Origin: Lingula anatina
Taxonomy: Eukaryota > Animalia > Brachiopoda
Direction: 5' to 3'
DNA: 64,000 bases
NCBI GenBank assembly: GCA_051362555.1
Contig: CM120642.1
Coordinates: 5,952,001 to 6,016,000, forward strand
Shown one piece after another: positions 1 to 14,679 of the stretch. The notes below the pieces were generated by a model. That model did not search any database, had not been told where the DNA came from, and saw only the letters and a list, made by a program, of their open reading frames with translations. The translations under genes and the position numbers were made by a program. How positions within the stretch are numbered: the first letter of the stretch is position 1; each line of letters opens with the position of its first letter.

Positions 1-1007
1 AAAAGAAAAAAATAGAATAGAACATGAGTGATCCAACCTTTTTCTGGCAAAAGACTGTAAAAATATAATTGCATAATTTCAAATAAAAATTCATTAAAAA
101 ATCACATGATGACTGTTTATAATAAATACTGTTTTATTTTTCAGGTTCCTCTCAAACTGCTAATCCAGAGTTCCCAGTTTTTGAAGCTGTGAGCTCACAT
201 TCTTAGTGCTTCAACAATCTGCCTTCTTCACTGATATAAGAACACTGCATGTACGCCATCTATTGATGAAACGTCTTAATATTTTCCACGGCTTTGGTGT
301 CTCACCTTATGGCCCTGTAGATGAATGCAAGGGTTAGGATTTCAAAATAAATTTCCATTTAACCTTATTAACAGTCAACTTAGAATCCAAAGCAAGGCCC
401 TCAAGCTGATACATCATCCCAAGCAGAGATCTCAAGCTGAAACAAATATATTAAGTTGAAGTATTACCCCAATCAGATTGCATTCACTCAAAACAGACCT
501 CATCTTTTTTCCTCGTTGTCTATTACATGCAGTATCACATGGGAGTCAACTCTTGACAGAAGGCAGTATTGGTTGGGATATGCCAGCATATTTATAAATC
601 TCCTGTGTCGAGTATCCCAGTGACTCCCTTTCGCCATGAAAGTTTTCATGTAATTATTAAACAGAGCAAAAAAAACCTGTAGCACTATCAATAAACACTG
701 AATGTGTATGTATGTAACATTCAGATCTAATAATTCCTCTGTTCAGTGGCTTGTGCTCGTACTGGAACCACAGAGGTGAGACTGCTATTTATTGAAAAGT
801 CATAAAATATGGCCTGGGTTCCAGGGGGTTACCTAGGCCAATGATATTTTTGGCTCCCAAATAGGCCAGAAATCCATGGACAGTCAGAAAAATCTCATCC
901 GTGTAACTGATAGAACTCATTTAAAAGCATTTGTTCACATTGTATGTCAGCAATGTCCATGAGGTCAATTGTGAAGCTGTCCATGTCTTAAAACTGCCCA
1001 GTGGTCA

Positions 1008-4000
1008 TCACGCAGGCTTTATGGACAGTATGGAGCCAAATAAGAAGTGCTGCACTACAGGGAACTTTGCAAGTACCTAGAATAATTGAATTTTGTCCTC
1101 TCAAAATCAACTATCAATTCATGTAAATATTTATTTCCTTAAATAATTGCTAAATTAAATATAAGGATTTTAACATTGCTGAACTTCTTTACTTGCTTAA
1201 TTTTCTTTTTACTATATAAATTTTTAGTTTCTAATTCACAGTGATATAGTTCACTTAGAAGTCCTTTTTGCCAACCTCTCAGTATATAAAAACATTTAAA
1301 ATTTGTTTTAGTTATGAAGTATAAATCCAAGACAGTTTGGTGGGCCCCAGGTTAAAATAACTTTTCATTATAATATTATATTTTGATTATTTCTTCAGAG
1401 ATCTACTGGTAAATCCTTCTCGAGTCTTCCTAGTCCTACAGGCCAGTGGGCAGCAATTTCACAGATGATAACTTTTTATTGAAAAGGTGGACCTTTTTAC
1501 CCCCCCCCCCCCTCCGCCGTTTTACAGTTGATCCAAGTTGCAAAATGGAAGAGCACGTAGTAGTCGAAATTATGACTAAGAGCAGACTAGTTCCCCACCC
1601 GTAAGATTTATTCCCCTCCCCCCTCCCATTCCACCGAGACTCTCCTGCCTACGAACATGTTCTACTCAAGTCCTGGTTTACATACCTCTGCCTTGTACAT
1701 TTTCACTAGTCCAGAGTTCACTTTATGCCAGTGGGGCACTCCACTGATGTTCCACAACTGGTTAGAGTGCTCAGCAAACGGACCCGTTTTTACCTGGGTG
1801 GGAAAAATACAAATACCTGATTCGTCCAAGATTCCTTACAGAGTTCGCTTTCTATCTATTTAGATATACCCTCATAAAAAGTAGTATTGTAAGTCATTAA
1901 CTACGTAAATACTTTTAAATATTGAAATGGTATTGTTGTCATCAGTATAAAATGCAGATGAAGAAAAAATGTTTAAGTCAGCATACAAAACAAATAGAAA
2001 GTATAAATCGTATAAGGATTTTTTTTCTTTTTAGTGGTGATCCAATTGTGGGCTTTATGAGACTTTGAGTGTATTCAGAACAGATGATCCTAACAGATCC
2101 TCAGACTAAATATGCCATCCCTGCAGGAGCCTTGTAATTAAACCCGGAAGCCGAGATTTAATCCCTTTAATAGAGTCTTTTCCACGAAATCGTGAGCATG
2201 CACAGTTCTTAATCACTGGATCGATCTAAATCTCTGGAATACACCCTAAGTCGTCCTTTCTTTCAAGTGGGTCTGCCATATTAAGTTTGTCCGACTTGTA
2301 CTGAATGTGCTCTTTGAATTTTACACTGCAGTGAGGTTGGACTTAGGAGTAATAGCACTGGTAATTTGGAAAATGTTATGAAAAAGACATTGAGGCAACT
2401 GGTTAAGTTTTGAACAACAAACTTGTATATGAAAATCACAAAGTGCTGGGTGTTTTACATACACATGACACTACGATAAAATTAATGAATGAATTAATAA
2501 AAGAATTAATACAAGGAATATTTGAAAAAATACCTGGTTTATAAACTTTACACAACCTAAAAACATGTAGTCCTTGGCAAAATATTCATATACTTCTGGC
2601 TTTGGGAAAGACTTAGGGTGAATTCTTTTATGATCTGGAAAAAGAAAAAGAGAATGTTATTCTAAAACTTCAATTATAAATTTATTTAGTTTAATTCACA
2701 AAAAAATTATTTTCTGACATAAAACCCTAATACTTATTAGTACACTTCTTCACTTTTTTTAGGTGTTTTTTATTTCTTTAATTAAAACAGTGGTCTGGGA
2801 ATAAAATTAATTCATCAATTTTCTAAGAAATTCAGTATGAGGAGAAAAATGGCAAAACAGGTTAGAATTACCTAGTAACTGTGAGCTTCCCCAGAGAAAA
2901 GGTATGAACTGATAATCATCAAGGCTCCAGACGCCATGGCTGCCTGCAGGCTCCATGTTATATGTCTGCTGCATCTTCCTCATAACTTCTATATACCTAA
3001 GAGACAAGAGCATAATATGGATAATATTTCTTTTGAATTTCATTTTCATGGATTGAATTTTGAATATTCAACAGCTCTTTAAAATTAAAGCAAATGGAAC
3101 AAAAAATGTTATATCACAGATCAACCTAGGGTAATTGTGTGAAAATAAATAGAAAATTAATTGACATTACATTTACACAGGAAGCAAGTGAAGATGAAAA
3201 TGTGTAAAAGTTGTGTGTGTGGGGAGGGGGGAGGTGTTAAGTGACATGTAAAAAATTCCTCATCTGTTTCCCCACAGCTCAAACAATATATCAGAATAAT
3301 AAAAAAATGCTAAGGAAATATCTTAGGGCACCCACCTTTGAAAAACCTTATTAACTGCTGCTACCGAGTCCTCTTGTGTGTAGGCACCAATTTTAAAAAG
3401 GCAGCACAAAAATGCAATAAATGATAACTCATGACCTAAAAAACAAAACTGAATCTATAGAACTCATTTGAATTGAAAATCACACAGTCCCTTATCATAT
3501 CTCAATTAAAACTGAATTTTTACTCCAATCACTATTTCACACTGACAAAGGTGAAATAAAAGGTTAGAAGAATCATCTAATTTTTTATGTTTGAGTCAAA
3601 ATCTTATTATTCCATTAGCAAATTACAGATACTAGTAAGTAAAAAACATTAATGACTATCATTTTGATATATTTAAGAATAAGAAAAATAAATAAATAAC
3701 TGAAAGAGGAATACCTGATCCATAATCTATTCTGGTAGAATTCCCAATACTTTCCACCAAATACATATAAATTTCTGGGGCAGCCCTTTGGTACTGCTCA
3801 TCTAATGCAGCTTTAACTATAGATTCACCTTTCTGAAAATATTGCAATCAAAAGTAATACAAAAAGGTCCAGACTGACCTTGCATTGATGTAATAGTTTT
3901 CCTTTTTATTAAAGATGGACAACCACCTTAAAGCTTTTTTTTTTTAATCATCTGTTTGCCCTAAGGGCCAATTTTGCTTAAGATAATGTTCTTCATTCAT

Positions 4001-5955
4001 AAAAACATATTTTTAATGTTTTATTTCTACATGATAAGAACAGCTTTTATCTATTATTACCTTCACCCTAAAAATTGTCATCGTGATTGCTTCCATATAA
4101 AGCAAAGAAAATGTTTTATTCATGAAATCAGTACAATTATTGATAAATAAATGAAAATTAATAAATAAAAAGAAACAAGTATTACCTCCTGTAGTCTAGA
4201 GTATACATCCTTGAAAGCTTTGTTGCCAAACCTCTGCGGTTGGTCTACTGGCGGGATCTCATCTATCCATGAGGATATTGTGTTTAACATGTCTAACAGA
4301 TTTGTAGTGAGCTGAAAATAAATTGAGACTACTGTATTAAACAATAGGAACACAGGGGGCTTGAGGAAGTGAAGTTAGCATCCAGACCAGTGTTATATCC
4401 ACTATTAGATCCTTGATGTTTAATATATGGAAATCTAGGATGTATCAAAAATTTTAGTCTAAAGAACCTTCAGACCAACACCATCTACAAACTAAAATCT
4501 ACTTGTCCAAAGTAAAAACAGTGGTCAGTGACTGAACTAATTTAGAGGATTTTACTGGAAGTTAGTGGGATAATTTTGCTACAGTCATACACTGAAATTC
4601 TGAACCAGCAGTCTTAGAGAAATATATATGTTCAACTGTTAAATAAGTATTTTTGTTAAATCAGGGAATTATACTGAAGTTTATGATTTAATTCCCTGGT
4701 TAAATAAAGCATCTATGGAGTTCACATACGTAATTTTAATAAGCACAAGATCATACGTAATTTTAATTAGCACAATCTGAACACTCCTACCTACCTGAGA
4801 TATATGACATTCATCATTTAAACTTTTATTTTTCACAGCTTCGTTCATGGCTATAATAAACCCAACAAGATCTCTGTAGGCCTGAAATATTAAATGCATC
4901 ATCTATATATTGAAAATCAAAGAGTAAAAGGAACAAATTAAATTAATTCTGTAAATTCAGCTATCAAAATCAAGATAATATATTTTTATTATCTTACTCT
5001 TGTGTACAAATATATGGTGACCATAAGATAAATTTGATGAAAAAATGTCTGAAATATTTAAAAAATCAAGTGTCATTAAAAAAATTACAAACTCTCTCAA
5101 AAATTTTTTTTATTGCTGTTAGTGTTTTACTGGTAAATAACTGTGAATTATAAACAACACTTTCTTTTACCTGTGAACTTTCCCATGCTGGCATTTGTTC
5201 AGGTTTCAGAACCTCCCTGACAGGTGTAGTGAACTCATGTGTGGCAACATCAATCATACCTGGTGCTGACAATACTTAAAAGGAATAAATTTATGGATTT
5301 GAAGATGAAATCATATCTTTGTTAAGAGAGAAAGAGAGAGAGAGAAAGAGCGAGTGGAGGAAAAGTAAACATTCACCTCAAACCACTTCCCTGCTGACAT
5401 TCATCTCTGCCAAAACACACATACAATCCACCATGGACTCAAGAGTACATTTCCCCAGGATTTAGGGCACAGGGAGTCCAGAATGAGAAGCTGTAATTTG
5501 GTGACAGATTTAGAAGGAATCCAACTCAAGCAAGCCTAACCAGCCAAACCAAATGACGGCTGGACGGTTCTCTGGGGAAAGCTACGTAACACACACATAT
5601 TCACCCTTTTTTTTAAGACCGCATCGCCTAAAATGTACCACATGTGTATATGACCGACATAGGCAAAATATTCCTCGATACCAACTCACATTTGTTGACA
5701 TTTTGGTTGCAGGACAAACGATATTTGGTGAGATTGTCAAACCGCATGAAACTGAAATTGACATCCTGCGGGCAAATCACTGAAATGGCCGATTTGCAAA
5801 ATTGCGGAATCTTAAACATTTTTTCATAAAATCCAAATGTGTAAAATAAGTCATTTAAATGTCGTGACAAATTTAAATGACAATTCCTAGCTTACTTATC
5901 AGTTAAAACAAAATAAAAGTATCTCACCAGCATTACTCGTTTCGGCTTCCGCCAT
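1008..5955 (-). CDS. PTPA: Serine/threonine-protein phosphatase 2A activator (phosphotyrosyl phosphatase activator), 10 coding exons, about 321 aa
   Basis: Phase-compatible GT-AG exons 5955-5928, 5274-5171, 4881-4795, 4311-4186, 3832-3715, 3435-3336, 2996-2872, 2634-2534, 1793-1686, 1076-1008. The product has the PTPA hallmark motifs [61 protein letters not shown] and [12 protein letters not shown]. Confidence 0.97.
2067..2247. mobile_element. Degenerate short non-autonomous TIR element (MITE-like) in a PTPA intron
   Basis: Left end gagtgtattcagaa...gatcc is an imperfect inverted match to right end ggatc...ctggaatacaccc, which is followed by taa. Confidence 0.35.
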
Positions 5956-6082
5956 GATTGTTATTGGAACTGCGCATGCTAACTAGGTCATAAAAGTTGA
6001 ATGGGTTAAATTTTGGACTTTGCTCCAGCATCATCTCTCATCCCTAGACATAAAAGTAGCTACAAGGTCAGATTTCAGGAAC
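5956..6082. promoter_or_regulatory. Compact bidirectional promoter/5'UTR region shared by PTPA and CRAT copy 1
   Basis: Only 127 nt separate the two divergent ATGs. The spacer contains tgcgcatgc (partial NRF1-like palindrome, 5971), taactaggtca (ROR/Rev-erb-type extended half-site, 5980-5990) and caaggtca (6063-6070). Confidence 0.75.
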
Positions 6083-9000
6083 ATGTTTCAACGACTCGGC
6101 ATAGCAATGGTGAGTATGCAAGACTTTCATCGTGTATTTCATTTTATTTTTGTCAGAGCAAAACAAAACCGACAGTTGCCTGTGTCATTTCAGCCTGAGG
6201 GAAATGAGCAGCTGATGCATATTTTGGAGGGCACAACAAACCACAACTAGTAGTAGTAGGAGTAGCGCTAATCAGGGTAGATAAAAGTTCACCTCAGATA
6301 AAAAAAATCTTATCAAACTTAATATAAATTTCAGAAAAGAGAAAAATACATTTTTCTTATGAATATTTTACTGCAGTTGAAAATATGTCATTGTGCATAA
6401 AATCAAAGAAAACTTACTTGGCAGGTAATTATAATGATTAGAAAGATGTGGGTTACCGGCAAATGTTGTATAGAAATTATGATTGAAATGTACATATAAC
6501 TTACAGTAAAGCTGCATGCTTTTAATCACTCATATGCATCAAAGGATCCTGGGCTTCACTGTAATGATGATGCAGTGAAGAATTTTCCTGTGAAAAAAAA
6601 GAAAAAAAAACTGAAACTTCAAATTTTCAAGGGATAAATGTATTTAAAATGTGATTTAAAAAATCATAAACTTTGTCACTTGAGGTTAAAAGGTAGGACA
6701 CAAGGGTGGAAGTTAAAGGGATAATAACTCTTCGTATGAGATGTATGTTTCATATTAATATAAACATTGTAAACAACTTGTAGTTCTAAATATATTATGA
6801 TAGATTCTGTTTTACCACAAAAACGGCAGTTTTAGTTATTATTGTTGTGATATCTGAGTTTTTCATCAGACCACGTGACCTCCGTAGATGGCTATACTCT
6901 GTAATAATCTCTTAAGAGATTATAATATAATACCAAACTTTTTAGAAAAAAACCAGGGACTAAGGCTTCGTTCACATGGAATGTCTATTTTCTAAAAATC
7001 TATTTTTTATTCCCGGTATCTTATGATCACGGTCTGTGCCCTGAATATCCCGCCGCGTAATTTCTGGCAGCGCGAGCCAGTTACTTATAGTAACTTATAT
7101 ATATATATTCTTGTTTTTGTTTATGTGTGTTTTAGGAGAAAATGAAAAGATATAACAAAAAAATTTAAGACTTTAAACACATTTTGTTTTTAGGTAAAAC
7201 AAGGTCCCAAAGCAGCCCAGCCCATTCTTGGGCGGTACCTGCCAAAAATATTGCCCGGGACTCGTATGTTCTCTATTCAGCAGCAGTTGCCAAGGTTACC
7301 AGTTCCATCTATTGAACAAACACTTGATAAATATCTGAAGTCTGTACGTCCATTGCTGAGTGATGAAGAATATAATCAAACACAAACGGTATGTACAGGG
7401 ATGTAAAAAGCATAAAAGGTGTTCTAGGCCTTGATAGAAAAATACATTCTTCTGAAAATTTCAGAAAATCCTCCTAAACCACCAAGGTATACCAGTCAAG
7501 AACCACAGTCTAAATTATTATCTACAAACCTGTTTGAGAGCTGTCAAATTTACTGTTGAAAGAAAATCACCAAAGTTTCTCATACAACTGTAGCTGAAAA
7601 GTTTAAAACTCAATTTTGTCAACAGTTTTGATAATAGTATACCTTGGTGGTTAGAGGAGAAATGTTTAAAAGTAAATTTAATTTTTTTTTAATTTATAAT
7701 GCTTATTGTGTAGAACATGCCAACAGCTGTATTATATTGAACATACATCAAATTTAGATCTTTCCAACTGAACTTGACATTGCACAAAATATTAACAGAT
7801 AATCAATGCTGATTTTGGTATCATGTTTTTGCATGCGTTTATAAATTGTTATCCCCATTTCAGATAGTAGCAGATTTTGCCAAAGACCCAGGTCCAAAAC
7901 TACAAGAGATGCTCCTGAAGAAAGCAGAAACAACAGACAACTGGGTACGTACAGCATTTGTCTTCATAATATGTCTTTTAACTAAGCCATGAAAGCCATA
8001 ATTATTATAGTTATACTGACTTAGCAACGTCCTTCCTGTATTAAGGTCTAACAAAATGAACTTTTATTCTTGGTTGTAGCTGGCAGACTGGTGGCTTCAT
8101 GTGGCTTATCTTGGATTCCGGATGCCAGTTGTTATCCATTCCAGTCCTGGAATCATGCTCCCTTTCCAGGAGTTCCAGGATGAGCAGGGACAGCTCAGGT
8201 AGACCAGGCTGCCTTCACAACTGCTACAGCTTACACCTGGGGCCTGTTTCACAAAAGAATCTTCGTCCAAAAATTAGTCTTAACTTAAAGGCTAAAAGTT
8301 TAAGTCCACTTAGACCCAATAAAAATTAGTAGGTGTCATAAATGAAATGAAATATTGCCCCTGATTTATAACAAGAAAAACATAGATTTTATTTATTAAG
8401 TAGACTAGCAACTGTGGATTTATATTTTATTGGTATTGGGAAAGGGAATTCTTTAAAGGAGGAGTGCCCTTTTAAGCAGGATCCACTTTAATATAAAATA
8501 CCTTGTACTATAAATGAAGTATTTGGTGTTATTTTAGATTTGCAGCCAAATGGATATCTGGTGTGTTGTCCTTTAAGAAGTTGATTGATGAGTAAGTGTA
8601 AAATATTAACTTTCTTGATAGTTCAAAATTTATCACATTTCCTATGTGGTACAATAATCAGAATTGAATCACATACAGTAATGTTATGTGATTGAAATGG
8701 TTATATCTTTTGAGTTTATCTTTTTCAGATACAAAATTGATAAAGAATAATGAATCCTAACAGGTGTGAAATAATAGATAAGCAAATGATAAAATGTAAA
8801 ATAAAATTTGAGCATTTTTTGCTTTCATTTGTATTGTAATTACTTGTAAGATATTTATAAATTCATATATGCACTTTTTTATCTTGTATTCCTTCAGGCA
8901 AACATTACCAATAGAAACCTTAGGTGGACAACCCTTGTGCATGATTCAGTATTACAGAATCCTTTCATCTTGCCGTGTACCAGGAGCGAAGCATGATTCT

Positions 9001-12000
9001 GTGGTACAATTTCCAGCAGACTCGCCAAACCCTCCGCGACATATTGTGGTCATCCGTAACAATCACGTGAGTTGTCAGTGCCCTTGACTCCGTGTTATAA
9101 AATATTTACTGGTAAATGTAGATTAAACTTAATAATTATCTTCACATATTAAACAAGGAAACTGCAGTGTGTTTATGAGATATTAATTCTTTCAAGCTTG
9201 ATCTCTTGGATGGATGAATGGAGAAGAAATTTTTAAAAAACATCTTTGGTCATGTTCTTGAAACTTTATGCCTGGTCACTGACATGTGGAGATGTTTTAA
9301 TTGTACAGCTTTATATTTGGTAAAAAATTTGTAAAACATGGATTGTGTTCCTATTTTACAGTTTTTCTCTTTGGATGTATATGGCCAAAATGGAAAACCA
9401 CTCAATGTGGACCAAATTCATAAACAACTGATGAGAATTGTTGATAAATCTGAACATCCCACCCCTCATGTTGGAATTCTCACCACAGAGAACAGGAATA
9501 CTTGGGGATCTGCTTTCAAGAGGTTGATTAAAAGTAGGTATTCATTTCTGAACAATATGGTTTTGTGCTGTTTCAAAGATTCTGAATTGTTTCTCCTTTT
9601 AATATTAACTTTGATAACTGCTTGTTTAAAAACAGAAATGAAAAGCCTCCACTTAAAATTAGATCAAATTCCAGCATATTGAATTTAAGCCAGTATGTGA
9701 ACAGAATAAAACAAATCTTATAGAATGTATATTTTCTCCTGGAATATGCTGAAACTAAAACATTCCAACAAATTTGTTGGTCCCGAAATGTGCAAAATAT
9801 TCGGAGTATACTGTAACTGTTTGAAACTTGATTCTCTCTCTCTTTATTAATGCTTGTGTGTGATTGAATTTTTGTTTGTTCATTTAAGACAAGACTAACA
9901 AGGCCACAATTGAAGAGATCCAGCGCAGTATCTTTGCAGTGTGCCTGGATAAACATATGGAGCACACTGAACCTGGGCGGAGGGAGGCTATGTCAGCAAA
10001 GCAGATGTTACATGGAGGAGGGAGTCAGTGGAACAGCGGCAACAGGTGGTTCGATAAAACATTACAGGTAGATAATATAGGGTGGGCTGTCAGACCTAAT
10101 TTTTTTACTTGAAAAAATTGCAGGTATTTCTGACATATTCTTTTTTAGAAGGAGATTGGATATTGTCAGTCTTTGCCCTAAGTGAATACAACCAAATATT
10201 TTGAATTCATAATTCCACTTGATAATGTTGAGTATTTTAATTTTTCATAAACACAACTTTTATCTCAATTTTCCAGTTTATTATTGGCTCTGATGGAGCG
10301 TGTGGATTGAACTATGAACATGCAGCAGCAGAGGGTCCACCCGTCGCTTTCTTGCTGGATCACGTTATGGACTATGTGTAAGTCAACTTTGATGATTAAG
10401 AGTATTTTTTGACTACATCAAAGGATAATAGAGTGTTAGTGTCTGTGTGTTAATTTCTTGTTTTGCAGTCTGATTCATTACAACATCTAGTGCTATCTAT
10501 ACCTGGCTTTACATGGTAGGAAAGTTTGGCAGTTTATACATAGTTACCATTTATATATTTCATTTTACTTTTTCAATTAATGACGTGTCATTTAAATTCC
10601 AGGAAGAATGTTCCAGAAGACCTAGCCCCTGCAAGTGGAATTGCAGACCCCAAGAAACTGAAGTGGGATTTGTCCCCAGACACACTGGAGGACATCAAGA
10701 AAGCAGAGGAGGATATAGACATGTAGGTATTTTTTAATATGCCATTGGAAAATGTAAGTCTGAGGGTGCTTATGTTAAGTTATAGGGAAGGTTCTGATTC
10801 TAATGGATGTATGTGCATTTTTACATTAAAAAAGAATGGGCAGAAAATTTGATAAATGTTTTCTCATTTCGTATCTTATCAAGTCCTGTTATTTGTGGCT
10901 GTGAAAAACTTAATTTTTTACTTTGTTTCTGCCTCCTTTTATCAGTTTAATGAATATTTTATTAAATTTACTATTTTTCTGTTTTAGGATGGTTGAAGAT
11001 CTTTCTCTGTCCACATTACATTTTAGAGGTTATGGTAAAGATTTTGCCAAATCTCAGAAACTTCCCCCAGATGCTTTTATACAAGTGGCCATGCAGCTGG
11101 CTTACTATAGGTAAATGTGATAGAAATAAGATATTTACATTTATTATAGTATAGTCATTTGGTGTTTTTATAAATAGTGTGTTTTTATTTACTTCTTAAG
11201 ATTTCCTCCCCTGAAATTCAGGCCTAAAAGCTGCTGGCTTCTCCAATTTGTTTTAAGTCACCATTTGTATATGTTTATCATACTTTGGCATTCAGCAACA
11301 AGTTTTATTAAAGTATACCATGTCAGTGGTGCATCCAGTCATTTTGATGTGGATTTATGCACTTTCTTCTGTATGTCATCTGTGCCATATTTGACATGAA
11401 ATGTAAAAGAGTATGTTTGAAAAGAAAAAAGAAACGAGCTAGTTCATACAATATATTTATATATGTAGAATTATTAAGATTAGTCATTTCACTTCAGCCT
11501 GTACAACAAGCCCCCAGCCACTTATGAGAGTGGTTCCACTAGAAGGTTTCAGCTCGGCAGAACAGACACTATTAGATCATGCACCATTGACTCCACAAAC
11601 TTCTCTAAAGCTATGCAGGATACTTCTGTATCAAAACAAGAGAAGGCAGACTTATTGAGAAAAGCTGTAAATGCTCATAGAAGGTACACTACTGAGGTAG
11701 GTAAAAGTTCAGTGAAAACCCCTACTTTCTGTTTCGTTTAAGGTCATATTTTCAATTTGTCATAGGACAATACATATAAAAATTTTATAGCATTTGACAA
11801 GTCAAACAATATGCATTAGACTTTTGTACAGCAGAAAATGAATTGTTTTTGAAAAATTCAGCCATTTCCCCACAATCAAGAAGCCAAACTTTTATAACCC
11901 TATCCAAAACAGATGATCTCTTCCCAAATTTTCAAGTTTTGAACTTTTTACCATAAGCAGTGACACACACACACCATTCTCCAACTTAATTACAAGAGTG

Positions 12001-12331
12001 ACTTAAAAACAGAAACCTTAAATTCACAATAACCATGAATTACTACATGTTAAAATGAAAGAAAAATTACAGCAGCAACAATAATTTTAAGCTCTGACAA
12101 ATATTAAACTAATAATAACAATTATAATAAAAATGACTTCAAACTGATAACTAGAAGTTGGCTCATTCTAATACATTTCTCCAGGTTGTTTCTGGTCAGG
12201 GGATAGATCGACATTTACTGGCCTTCAAACTGCTGGCTGTAGAAAATGGCATGAATGTTCCCGAGTTATTCATGGACACAGCTTACACAACCAGCATGAA
12301 CCATCAAATTTCATCTAGTAATGTAAGTACT

Positions 12332-12383
<52 letters not shown>

Positions 12384-12902
12384 AGGACCAGAGATTTAAG
12401 AGATTGTTAAGCAGTTAAATAATGAACTCTTTCTCCCTCTTTTTTGACGCATGTGGGAGTTTTTTTACAATTGTAAGCTACTTCTGATTAAAATGATAAA
12501 GTTCTAAAACTGAATATTTAAAAGAGGCAATGTGTAAATCTTTGCCTTAGTCAAAGTGGTCTAAGAAATCAAGTTATAATAGCATTTAAATGGAAAATAA
12601 AATAAAACCATATTCTCTAAATCTTTTCATACTTGCATTCCTATTTTACAAGCAAATACTTCACCAATCCTCTTTAACTTACCTAGGTCTCTGCTAAGAC
12701 GGAAGCAGTTCTTTGTTTCGGACCAACAGCACCAGATGGATATGGAGTCTGCTACAATCCCCAGCCAAAACAAGTCATCTTTGCCATATCCGCATTCAAC
12801 AGTTGTAAGGAGACAGACTCGGACATGTATGCCAAGTCTCTGGCCAAAAGTCTAACAGACATGCATGACTTATTGCTGCAAACATCTGGCTCTAAGTTAT
12901 GA
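6083..12902 (+). CDS. CRAT: Carnitine O-acetyltransferase, copy 1 (14 coding exons)
   Basis: Approximate exons 6083-6109, 7194-7388, 7864-7944, 8080-8198, 8539-8592, 8898-9066, 9362-9533, 9889-10067, 10278-10377, 10603-10722, 10988-11110, 11499-11696, 12185-12322, 12687-12902. Motifs: LPRLPVP, NRWFDK, catalytic EHAAAEG, TYESG...GRTDTIRS (carnitine type, not the ChAT VDN type), GIDRHL, FGP..PDGYGVCYNP, C-terminal SKL. Confidence 0.95.
7470..7657. repeat. Inverted repeat pair of about 22 bp bracketing about 190 bp in CRAT1 intron 2 (possible MITE remnant)
   Basis: cctcctaaaccaccaaggtatac (7470) is the near reverse complement of gtataccttggtggttagagg (7637). Confidence 0.45.
12335..12379. repeat. 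(GT)n microsatellite
   Basis: Pure dinucleotide run in the last intron of CRAT1. Confidence 0.95.
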
Positions 12903-14679
12903 GAAATGCAGCTGGGAAGATATAGCAGTTGTTTTTCGACTTTGCTGAATGCAAAAAAAAAAATTTGGCTTTTGAACCAAAGGCATCCCAGTCGGTCACA
13001 TTATAGTCATATGGCATATATTTTTTTACAAAGGGTTGATGCATGATTTGGAGTTGGTTTTGTTGGAAATTATGAGAAATGGAAATGATTTAATGGTGCT
13101 TACTTGTATGATTATATATATGTATATATATATATATATATATATGCTTTTCTCAAATTCTTCAAGGCCATCAGTATTTTGATGACAGCAACTCCAAGCC
13201 GCAATATTTTCTAAATGTATGCCATGATTAACATGTTGTGTAAAAAGGTAGCTATGGTCACATATTCAGTATGAAAAGAGCACTTCATTCACACACAGAG
13301 TGTATTTATGTTTATAATAACTGTTATCCGCTACTGTAGTTATACCCTTTTGTGTATCTGAAAGTCATTCCACCCTAAGGCTTATTCCTCTTAGTTTATA
13401 TAATAACAATGCCCTTATAACATATACCAAACCACATTCCTAATTCTACCAAATATTTTTCTTACCATTTTTTCCACATTTCACTACCCTCATTCCTTGT
13501 TTTAAGATCACTCCTGTACCAGTCATATTGACTGTGTATTTAATCACCATGTCACCAACTGTTTGTTTTATTGCTGTATTTCCTTTATCATCCCCCTTGC
13601 CATTCTTTCACATTCTTTCCACATTTCTCTTTTTCACACTTTGAGGCCCCAACCCCTCCCCAAAAGTTCCCTTTTCTGCCTTACATCTTTTAGCATTCCT
13701 ATTTAGCCCTCCATCTTGTTTCTATAACTTTATTCTTGTTTATATCACATTCCTGGTTTGCATCCCAGATGTTGTACTTCAATTTTCTAACCAGTGCAGC
13801 TTTCAGTTATTTTGATCAATTGACCATGTTATCATATCTCTGTAAAACTATATGTGTTGGTAGTGAAATTATTATATGTTATTTTAAAAGTTAAAAAATT
13901 TTCTACATTCACTTTTGACTAAAATGTTTTACTTGAAAGATAGTGAACTTATTACTGTATTTATTAAGTAGAAGGTGCACATATGTGGTGTAGCTGAATA
14001 GAATTACCTGCGAAACCGCTGAAGAAAAGGTGAAAAATACCATATTTTTACATGTGATATTATAAAAAGTGATTGATGTTATGGATCATTATTTATCAAA
14101 AGTAGTGTATCCATGTGTTTAGGATGCCCCTTTAATCAATTCAGTAAGAAGGTGATAGTTATTTAAGAATACACTAGAGTAATTTTTGTGCTTCAGAATT
14201 ATTTTTAGAAGTTATACGATGAATAAATGACTTGTACGTAATGTGTTTATGTCATCCTCAAATTATTTCTGCAAAAATGTAGAATATGTTGTTTATTAGT
14301 AACTATTGAAGCCATAAGTCATTGTGAAAAGAGAACTGACAATTGCCTAATTAACTGAAGTAATGCTCACTTGTAAAAAATGTTTTATCCATAATTTAAT
14401 AAAGGGGTATGCGAACTTGGAAGATATTTTACACGATTATCAGGAAAACTGCCAATTATAATGTAATTGTTCTCAAAATGATCAAGCCAAGGTATGCTAA
14501 AGACGGCACTTTACAGGGGGAAAACCCTCACCAAACCTGGTAAAGCAATCTCTAAGGGCTTCCATACACCTTGCCAAATGTACCTCTTCAGAAGAGTAAT
14601 AAAAGGTCAAGGATGTCTGGTTTGCTATGAGGAGCAGAGGACTATCTCCCCAGTGTACAAATAGGTCAAACTGGGAAAC

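Noticed and set aside
145-351. Possible terminal exon of an upstream plus-strand gene (strong acceptor ttttcag, short open frames, aataaa at about 346)
   Set aside because: Too short, no recognisable product, and no upstream context in the window.
4724-4776. 27-bp tandem duplication in a PTPA intron
   Set aside because: Ordinary local slippage duplication with no evident function.
5377-5435. Possible alternative first exon of PTPA (ATG TCA GCA GGG...GAG followed by gtgaat)
   Set aside because: Its phase-0 donor is incompatible with the phase-1 acceptor of exon 2, and the other ATG frame hits a stop.
5553-5870. Four overlapping short ORFs in PTPA intron 1
   Set aside because: No homology or splice support; consistent with chance ORFs in promoter-proximal sequence.
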